Shown: positions 29,828 to 36,289 of the stretch, in pieces
Position numbering within the stretch: the first letter of the stretch is position 1
How the letters are laid out: each line of letters starts with the position of its first letter
Origin: Bacteroidota bacterium
GTDB lineage: Bacteria > Bacteroidota > Bacteroidia > NS11-12g > UBA955
DNA: 50,157 nucleotides
Assembly: GCA_030832905.1 (NCBI GenBank)
Contig: JAURIG010000003.1
Location: 1 to 50,157 of the forward strand
Reading direction: 5' to 3'
Notes under the pieces: model-generated
The model's input: the letters and a program-made list of their open reading frames with translations, nothing else
Databases searched by the model: none
Told to the model about the DNA's origin: nothing
Translations under genes and position numbers: made by a program

Positions 29828-31627
29828 TCACCAATCTGTGGGGTCTTTGAGTGACAAGACCATTTGAGTGAGCGGACATTGTTCCGCTGTTGAGTTTAAA
29901 TACTTGTCGAAAGGACATTTCACAATGGCTTTCACATAGACTGCTTGACCTTGAATATTGAGTCCATTCATAAAGAATTGATACTCCGTAACGTCTGTAT
30001 AAACGGGCTTATTTTTCGAATTGAATTTGGTTTCAGAATAGGAATAGAGGTTGGTGGCGGGCAATCGACCTTTGTATTGTTTTAAGACAGGTAGCCAGAG
30101 GTCTTTGTTTTGAAATTCGGCTGGCAATGTTTTGTCAATTGTCAAAGTAGCTGCACTTAATTGCTTTTGTATGAATTGGTAAAATTGTTTGGTATAGGGC
30201 GAGTTGTCTTCTATCAAAGCTTCACGGAAAAGTTGACTGGGTTGAGGGTCTGCAAAGAGTTTGAATCTGAAGGTTAATTCTGGATGAGTAAAATAGAGTT
30301 GTCGGCAATTTTTAGGCACTTTAACTGTGACTTTATTAACCCCCATTCCGAGAGGAATATCTGTGGGATTATACCAGGCATCAGAGTCATTGAATTCACA
30401 TTTTAGACTGATAGGTTTTTTACTGTAGACGTAAAACGTCATAATGCTGTCAGATAAATAATGAACTGTTGATTTAGGCCCTAAATATTGCAATTGTTGT
30501 GAGCTTTGAACCCTAATAGGTGAATTGACATAATCTAAAATGGATGCCTCTCTTAAATTGGTAAATTTGAAGGCAGGATCATAGGGCATATGGTCAAACA
30601 AAAAATCAAGGGGGTGGCTTAAAAAATAATCAGATTGACCATTCACAGAGTTCCCCACACCTCCAACAGGATCGAGCCAAGTAACATCGAGTAAACGCCA
30701 CTGGCCTTTGACTTTAACAATGTTCCATGCGTGGTTGGTTTTAACCTGATCATAAACCCTGTTTCCCATAAAGTTATCAGCGTAACCACTGATGGTCAAG
30801 CAAGGCAAATTGATGCCCAAGCACATTTCAGTCATAAAATCAGCATACCCTTGACAACGCGTTGCCTTAGCCGTTAATAAAGATTCTGGATCAACAGGCC
30901 CATTTAAATCATAATGAAAGTTCCTGACTATCCAGTTGGCTAATGCCATTACTTTTAAAGAATCGGAATTGAAGTTTTGGGTTAAAGATTTAGCGAGTTG
31001 ATAGATTTTTATTTTACCGGGCGTAGTGGTATTGTATTCCTTTCTGCTGGCTAATTCTTGACGGTACATTGTATCCGCCTGAGCATTGGCTTTTTTGACA
31101 TAAACAGGGTCATAGTGTTGTACCTTATTGTACCAAGAATCATTTCTGGGCAATAATTGAACAGTATAAGTATTTGTTTGTACTAGTGTAGCTTGGATTG
31201 AAGTCACTGAAGTTTTTGTCGATGATGGTTTTGCTTTTTGTTGACGTAAGGAATTAAGCAAAGAGTCATTACTGGGTAGCGTCTTTAGGAGGACAGTGCC
31301 CATATCATCCGTAATGGTTTGACCTTGCAGATAGCAATTGAGCCCAGATAAATCGTGCGCACAACCTATAACAGCATCTGATTGCAACTTTAAAGCTTGG
31401 TGTCGTTTGGAACAGGTATAAGTGCCACTGTCTTTTTTATAACCTTGAGGTTTTTGAATAAAGTAGGCATACGTTTGATTAGGGTACAAAACCAACACAC
31501 TGGCATTGTTCTTTTTGTTGCGAATGAAATACTGAACTGACTGCGCTGAGGCCATAACAGCCCCCATAGTCAAAACCAATAAAATTAAAACCCGCTTGAT
31601 TAACATTTTACCTTCCCTCCTTATCAT
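29828..31627 (-). CDS. Secreted transglutaminase-like (KY/CYK3-type) cysteine protease domain protein
   Basis: Signal peptide. RCQGYA, NHAWNIVKVKGQW.LLDVTW provide a Cys-His-Asp triad, followed by YFLSHP..F..DH.P. Confidence 0.8.
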   Translation of the reverse strand: MIRREGKMLIKRVLILLVLTMGAVMASAQSVQYFIRNKKNNASVLVLYPNQTYAYFIQKPQGYKKDSGTYTCSKRHQALKLQSDAVIGCAHDLSGLNCYLQGQTITDDMGTVLLKTLPSNDSLLNSLRQQKAKPSSTKTSVTSIQATLVQTNTYTVQLLPRNDSWYNKVQHYDPVYVKKANAQADTMYRQELASRKEYNTTTPGKIKIYQLAKSLTQNFNSDSLKVMALANWIVRNFHYDLNGPVDPESLLTAKATRCQGYADFMTEMCLGINLPCLTISGYADNFMGNRVYDQVKTNHAWNIVKVKGQWRLLDVTWLDPVGGVGNSVNGQSDYFLSHPLDFLFDHMPYDPAFKFTNLREASILDYVNSPIRVQSSQQLQYLGPKSTVHYLSDSIMTFYVYSKKPISLKCEFNDSDAWYNPTDIPLGMGVNKVTVKVPKNCRQLYFTHPELTFRFKLFADPQPSQLFREALIEDNSPYTKQFYQFIQKQLSAATLTIDKTLPAEFQNKDLWLPVLKQYKGRLPATNLYSYSETKFNSKNKPVYTDVTEYQFFMNGLNIQGQAVYVKAIVKCPFDKYLNSTAEQCPLTQMVLSLKDPTDW

Positions 31628-31715
31628 GCAACGCTGAATAGTTTAATTTTATTATCTGACATTAATTCCAAAATCTATTCAAAGATGAACAAAAAAACTT
31701 GTTAGATTTGTAACT

Positions 31716-32357
31716 ATGTGTAATAAGCTTTTCCACTTTATTGTTTTTTGCTTCCTAACTGGGTTGAGCATCCAAGATATTCAGGCCAAAAAGAAGCCAA
31801 TAAAAACACCTGAGCCCAAAACAATTGAATGGGCAGAATCTAATGCAACGGTTATTAAATTCAGAAATGGAGACACTCTAATTTTCGCAGCAAGTGAAGC
31901 CGCATGGGTTCAAGCTTGCTCAAATAAACAAGCTGCCTATTGCATTTACGAGAACAATGATAGCATTGGCAGAACGATAGGTTATCTGTACAATTGGTAT
32001 GCGATTACTGATACTAGATCTTTAGCTCCTAAAGGTTGGAAAATACCCAATGAGCAAGATTGGAAAACATTTAAGAATCAAATCTACAACTCTGACAGCA
32101 CAATAGTCATTGATTCGCTAATAGGTGAAATTGATGAAATTTACGCTAAAAACGGGTTAACAATTCAATACGGAGGCGACAGATCACATACAGGTGAGTT
32201 TAAAAACTTAGGCAGCCATATGGCTTGGTGGTCAATAGATGCCCCAACATACAACTCTTGGACAAATCATGGATTTGGCGGATATTCTGGTGTAGACACA
32301 GACGAAAACCAAGGTAAATGTGTTGGTCTTTACGTCCGCTTTATAAAAGACAAATAA
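31716..32357 (+). CDS. Fibrobacter succinogenes major paralogous (FISUMP) domain protein
   Basis: Signal peptide, FRNGD, AAYC.Y, GYLYNWYAITDTR.LAPKGWKIP...DW, G.R...G.F, WWS, GLYVRFIKD. Confidence 0.8.
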   Translation: MCNKLFHFIVFCFLTGLSIQDIQAKKKPIKTPEPKTIEWAESNATVIKFRNGDTLIFAASEAAWVQACSNKQAAYCIYENNDSIGRTIGYLYNWYAITDTRSLAPKGWKIPNEQDWKTFKNQIYNSDSTIVIDSLIGEIDEIYAKNGLTIQYGGDRSHTGEFKNLGSHMAWWSIDAPTYNSWTNHGFGGYSGVDTDENQGKCVGLYVRFIKDK

Positions 32358-32396
32358 ACTCCGTAAACAAGATCGAAATAAATGTTTATTAGTGAT

Positions 32397-32535
32397 GGGA
32401 TTACTGCGTGATCCCAGAAAAAGGTCCTGCAAAAAAACCAAAGCAAAGCACTTGCTTTGCTAACTTTTTACGCCCTTTATAAAACACTCAATGTCTACGA
32501 CAATGGAAGAAAAAACAGGGATTACTGCGTGATCC
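32397..32535. repeat. Two identical 18-bp hairpin-forming repeats GGGATTACTGCGTGATCC (32397-32414, 32518-32535)
   Basis: Direct repeat 121 bp apart. Each copy is followed about 25-30 nt later by a hairpin and a T-run+AYGCC. Confidence 0.8.
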
Positions 32536-32688
32536 ACAATGGTGGGCGTCTACTAGCTAAGTAAAGGTTTGCTTGGGCGCAAACCGCTTTTTTTATGCCT
32601 TCAAAAACTTAAGTAAGAAGACTAAAAAATGAATAGAGACTATACAATTTAAAAAACAACTTAAATATTACTTGGTTTTTTCTTGCAT

Positions 32689-32720
32689 AAAAAAAGGTTC
32701 TCTGAGAACAGAGAACCTTT
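32689..32720 (-). terminator. Intrinsic terminator of the tRNA-Pro/tRNA-Arg unit
   Basis: Minus strand AAAGGTTCTCTG-TTCT-CAGAGAACCTTTTTTT. Confidence 0.85.
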
Positions 32721-32730
32721 ACTTTGCTAG

Positions 32731-32804
32731 TGATCCCGAAGGGATTCGAACCCCTGACCCACAGATTAGAAATCTGTTGCTCTATCCAGCTGAGCTACGA
32801 GACC
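32731..32804 (-). tRNA. tRNA-Arg(TCT)
   Basis: GGTCTCG/CGGGATC acceptor stem, TAGCTCAGCTGGATAGAGC D arm, ACAGA-TT TCT AA-TCTGT anticodon arm, GGTTCGAATCC T loop. No encoded CCA. Confidence 0.96.
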
Positions 32805-32870
32805 TTGTTTAAAAAAAAAGGCAGTCACAATTGATGCAAATTTGCAAACTGTCTACTGCCAATTGTTTAG

Positions 32871-32944
32871 TCGGGGTGGCAGGATTTGAACCTACGACCT
32901 TCTGCTCCCAAAGCAGACGCGATACCGGGCTACGCTACACCCCG
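32871..32944 (-). tRNA. tRNA-Pro(TGG)
   Basis: CGGGGTG/CACCCCG acceptor stem, TCTGC-TT TGG GA-GCAGA anticodon arm, GGTTCAAATCC T loop. Confidence 0.96.
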
Positions 32945-32975
32945 AAAAAGGTTTTGTTTTTTAAGAACTGGGCTG

Positions 32976-33006
32976 CAAAGGTAAGATTATTTTTTTCTTT
33001 TGCAAA
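32976..33006 (-). promoter_or_regulatory. Sigma-A promoter of tRNA-Pro/tRNA-Arg
   Basis: Minus strand TTTG-N19-TACCTTTG, the Bacteroidota -33/-7 consensus. Confidence 0.75.
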
Positions 33007-33017
33007 CTTTTTTGCAA

Positions 33018-33773
33018 CTAAACCACTGGCTGAGCATTGAAACGTTTGAATAAATACCTGTGCAATAAATAAAATGCATAGAAATGAACAAGGATCGCTA
33101 ATTCTAAACCCACAATATACCATGGCCATTCACCGATTACAAATGGATTGTCAGCATTAGGCTTTTGACATAGAAACATATAATTACCATCGCTTAAATG
33201 GTTAATTAGCCCTATAATTGGAATACACAATTGAGTCAATAAAAACACTTTCCACCAGGCGTGTTTGGGCAATTCAATTTTTAAAACCAGTGTGCCATAA
33301 AAAGCAGCCAATATTACTGCTCCATGTGATAAACCATATGTAATTAACTCATAAGTTCCTTGGCCATGTGTTAATTCAGGCGTTATAAAAGCATGAACAG
33401 CGCCTGCACTCCAAAAAACAAGTAATTCAAACAGCAATTGAGAACGTGTTAACAACATACCAATCGCTATGATTTCAGACATCGAACACAAATGAAAAGG
33501 CAGATTGTTTTGAATGTCCCATGTGCCTTTCTGCAAATAATAAATATGGCTATACACACAATTTACAGCAACAATAACAGCCATAATTTTTGCTATTAGC
33601 ATTCGTTTTTCAGGGTGTTTGAAAGCATAGGTAGCTATGATTAATACTATCGCTGCCGCTAATAAGCCTAAATTTAAGGTGAACCAATCTGCAGATCCTG
33701 GTTCTATTGCAAAGTGTAGATGATTTCTGTCCAAAATATTTTGGCAAAATAGCGATAAGTAGAATAAATCCAA
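33018..33773 (-). CDS. YwaF/TIGR02206 (TMEM164-like) integral membrane protein
   Basis: LPFHLC, A.ITPEL, H..(V)I, GNYMFL..KP, WPWYI motifs and multiple TM helices. Start uncertain. Confidence 0.82.
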   Translation of the reverse strand: MDLFYLSLFCQNILDRNHLHFAIEPGSADWFTLNLGLLAAAIVLIIATYAFKHPEKRMLIAKIMAVIVAVNCVYSHIYYLQKGTWDIQNNLPFHLCSMSEIIAIGMLLTRSQLLFELLVFWSAGAVHAFITPELTHGQGTYELITYGLSHGAVILAAFYGTLVLKIELPKHAWWKVFLLTQLCIPIIGLINHLSDGNYMFLCQKPNADNPFVIGEWPWYIVGLELAILVHFYAFYLLHRYLFKRFNAQPVV

Positions 33774-33817
33774 GTTTTATTCTCCAACATTGTCGTTTAA
33801 AATCTCTGAATTTTAAT

Positions 33818-33847
33818 TTTGTTTTCTTGAATAAACGATTAATTTTG
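33818..33847 (+). promoter_or_regulatory. Sigma-A promoter of tRNA-Ser
   Basis: TTTG-N18-TAATTTTG, 14 nt before the tRNA. Confidence 0.7.
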
Positions 33848-33861
33848 CATCCCCATAATTC

Positions 33862-33948
33862 GGTGAGGTGACTGAGAGGCCGAAAGTAGCAGTTTGCTAA
33901 ACTGCCGTACGGGAAACTGTACCGAGGGTTCGAATCCCTCCCTCACCG
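33862..33948 (+). tRNA. tRNA-Ser(GCT)
   Basis: GGTGAGG/CCTCACC acceptor stem, GCAGT-TT GCT AA-ACTGC anticodon arm, long variable arm GTACGG-GAAA-CTGTAC, GAGGG-TTCGAAT-CCCTC T arm. Confidence 0.97.
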
Positions 33949-34333
33949 CTTTAAAACATAAAAAAAAGCCCGCCAAGGGCTTTTTTTTATGCAACAAATT
34001 TTCCTAGGAGGGATAAGAACCCGAGCAGAGGGTTCGAGCCGAGCTTGCGAGACCACGAAGTAATCCCTCCCTCACCGCAATTAAAATTAAAATAAAACCC
34101 GCTAAGGGTTTTTTTTATGCCCATTTCCTTTGGAGGGATAAGAACCCGAGCAGAGGGTTCGAGCCGAGCTTGCGAGACCACGAAGTAATCCCTCCCTCAC
34201 CGCTTTAAGACATAAAAAACAGCCCGCCAAGGGCTTTTTTTATGCAACAAATTTCCCTAGGAGGGATAAGAACCCGAGTAGAGGGTTCGAGCCGAACGAA
34301 ATGAAACAACATTAGCAATCCCCTTGGTTCACT
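33933..34333 (+). repeat. tRNA-3'-end tandem array with ~125-130 bp period (two complete units, one divergent unit)
   Basis: The 72-bp core GGAGGGATAAGAACCCGAGCAGAGGGTTCGAGCCGAGCTTGCGAGACCACGAAGTAATCCCTCCCTCACCGC is identical at 34007-34078 and 34132-34203. Its first 36 bp recur at 34260-34295 with one mismatch. Each core is preceded by a terminator hairpin. Confidence 0.95.
33957..33991 (+). terminator. tRNA-Ser terminator (symmetric), repeated in each array unit
   Basis: CAT-A run-GCCC-GCCAA-GGGC-T run-ATG. Confidence 0.8.
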
Positions 34334-34496
34334 TTGTGATTTATTATAAATCTTATAAATATAAGCTTTAAATTATTTAAAATTCATTTTTTACAATAAT
34401 GTAAATTAATTATGAATATGAATTAAAATAAAAAATAAATTACTTTTGTTGTTTGTTTATGTAAAATTATTATTTTTGCATAAAATATATTAAAAC

Positions 34497-34953
34497 ATGA
34501 TTAAACAAATTACATTAACTTTATTACTAGTTTTAACGTTTAAAACTTCTCATGCAAGGCCTATTATCAATAAAACAGTTAATGATTGTGGTAAAAACCT
34601 GTTAGGCCAAGTAATGTGTGGTCATGTAAAACAAGAATTAGTTATTTATCAATGTGGAACAGTTGCTGAGCCCAAAAACTGTGAAGGGTGGGTACTAACA
34701 TGTTCTGGCTCAGGAACAACAGCCTATTGATGCAAATTCTCAATCTATAAATGATGCTATTGATGATTATTGGGGTAATTTTCTATTGGACTTAGCCAAT
34801 AATTATATAGACAATAATGTCCTAACTGGAACACATTCGGAAACTGTTGTGATTTCTGATCAAACAGTTAGAATTTATACCGTTGTTTGGAGTATTACTA
34901 TTGATGTGAACGGTAATGCAAACGGTTATGTAAGTGTTTCATGTAATGTCTAA
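34497..34953 (+). pseudogene. Secreted Cys-containing small protein split by a +1 frameshift
   Basis: The signal-peptide ORF stops at 34730. The +1 frame is open 34699-34953 (PIDANSQSINDAIDDYWGNFLLDLANNYIDNNVLTGTHSETVVISDQTVRIYTVVWS...CNV*), and its stop overlaps the next ATG at 34946. Confidence 0.7.
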
Positions 34954-36049
34954 ATCATACAATTTTAAATATTGTGTTCTGTTATTGCTTTTTATTGCTT
35001 TTAAAGCAATTGAAAGTCATGCTACACAGAATTTGAAGTTTAAATACAATAAAGAAGATTTATTATACACATTTAAAAATAAGGCGGCTTCATTGACAAA
35101 ATGTATTGATAATAACTTATACATTTTAGAAAGCCAAGAAACGTTAATAGTTAAGGTTTCAAAATTTAACTTTGAAACAACTAAGTTGTCAGAATGGACA
35201 ATTGATTTGAGTCATTTAGAGTATGAAGGTATTATTGATTTTTTTATTGAAGACTCTAAATTCTATTTTCTATGTGACAATGGTACACGAATTTGTTGTT
35301 TTGATTTTGTTCAAAATAAAGAAGTTTTTAATTTTCAAATAGATAATCCTAGTTCAGTGCTTTTTGAATATACGAATATCCATGTTTATGATAAATGCAT
35401 TTACTTAGTCTTCTCGATTGATATTTCAAGTAAATCAACCGATAAACGAAATTTATTTATAGACAAATACGACTTTAAATCAAATCAAATCATTCCCTTA
35501 ATTAAACGTAAATTGAATGCCAATGTTTTTTCTATTACAAATTATTTGAATTATACGTTTAATAAAAACTTACTTTATTGTAATGATGTCTTAACTGGCG
35601 AATTAAACAACTATAATTTATTAGATTCCTTTCCTTGCCCAACAAAGCTATTTGTCAATGAATTTGATTTGAGTTTATATAAAACAAACAGAATTTCTGT
35701 TTTAGAAAATAGTTTTTCAAAAACGAATTCTAATTTATTATTAGATAGTTTAAGGTATTTTTTTGACAATGAAATAACTTCTACTTGGATAAGTACCAAT
35801 AATGGATTTGTTTGCACTCTTGACAAGCATCCATCGGATTCCTGTGTGGCAAGAATTAGAGCTATGGATATCGCAAACAATCAAAAATATTCTGTTATTT
35901 TGAGCGACAGTAATTCGAACTGTATACAACAAAAAGTTTATTTAAATTATCAGTATTTTGATGGAAAGACTTTCATTCAAGTTTATAATTATTTCGATCC
36001 TAAAACTAGTCAATCAAGTTTAAGGTACAAAGTTTTTGCCTCTGATTAA
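34946..36049 (+). CDS. Secreted hypothetical protein, possibly a beta-propeller
   Basis: Signal peptide ending ..IESHA and repeated short strands (NNLYIL, SKFYFL, KCIYLV, NLLYC). Start moved to ATG 34946. Confidence 0.65.
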   Translation: MSKSYNFKYCVLLLLFIAFKAIESHATQNLKFKYNKEDLLYTFKNKAASLTKCIDNNLYILESQETLIVKVSKFNFETTKLSEWTIDLSHLEYEGIIDFFIEDSKFYFLCDNGTRICCFDFVQNKEVFNFQIDNPSSVLFEYTNIHVYDKCIYLVFSIDISSKSTDKRNLFIDKYDFKSNQIIPLIKRKLNANVFSITNYLNYTFNKNLLYCNDVLTGELNNYNLLDSFPCPTKLFVNEFDLSLYKTNRISVLENSFSKTNSNLLLDSLRYFFDNEITSTWISTNNGFVCTLDKHPSDSCVARIRAMDIANNQKYSVILSDSNSNCIQQKVYLNYQYFDGKTFIQVYNYFDPKTSQSSLRYKVFASD

Positions 36050-36079
36050 ATTTAAATATTGATTAAAGATAAAACAGAA

Positions 36080-36156
36080 CCCGCCAAGGGCTTTTTTTAT
36101 GCAACAAATTTTCCTAGGAGGGATAAGAACCCGAGCAGAGGGTTCGAGCCGAGCTT
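36080..36156 (+). repeat. Truncated distal copy of the tRNA-Ser array unit
   Basis: 77 bp matching 33969-34046 except for one T in the T-run. It ends after GCCGAGCTT. Confidence 0.95.
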
Positions 36157-36289
36157 AACACTTTCTAATTGAAAAATCCATAAAAACCATTCGTATTAGG
36201 GGATTAGTTATACCCCTAAAACTTGTCGATAAATTCAACTGCGAGGGTTTCTTTTAGGGCATTAAAAGCTGTAATATTGTTCATCGATT

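Larger units (their letters stand above)
34330..36065 (+). mobile_element. AT-rich two-gene cassette/islet bracketed by array units
   Basis: Abrupt drop in GC (about a quarter by eye, versus high-30s % in flanking genes). Repeat units lie on both sides. No mobility gene inside. Confidence 0.6.

Noticed and set aside
32232-33129. Short ORFs 32232-32441, 32831-33040 and 32935-33129
   Set aside because: They overlap FISUMP, tRNA-Pro or the YwaF gene. VGVAGFEPTT is the typical translation of an antisense tRNA.
33987-34181. 64-aa minus-strand ORF
   Set aside because: It lies wholly within the repeat array and is a chance open frame.
34007-34203. Extra tRNA genes or intron-containing tRNAs in the repeat cores
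   Set aside because: The cores have no D arm, anticodon arm or 5' acceptor strand. Only T-arm and 3' acceptor sequence is present.
33933-34333. CRISPR array
   Set aside because: The repeat is 72 bp and tRNA-derived, the 'spacers' are homologous terminator hairpins, and no cas genes are present.
33862-36156. Classical prophage or ICE integrated at tRNA-Ser
   Set aside because: There is no integrase, phage or conjugation gene, and the distal repeat lacks the tRNA 3' end expected of an att site.
36196-36219. TTAGGGG...CCCCTAA inverted repeat upstream of the AAA gene
   Set aside because: It is a short single-copy stem with a long loop, no T-tail and no link to the array, so there is too little to interpret.
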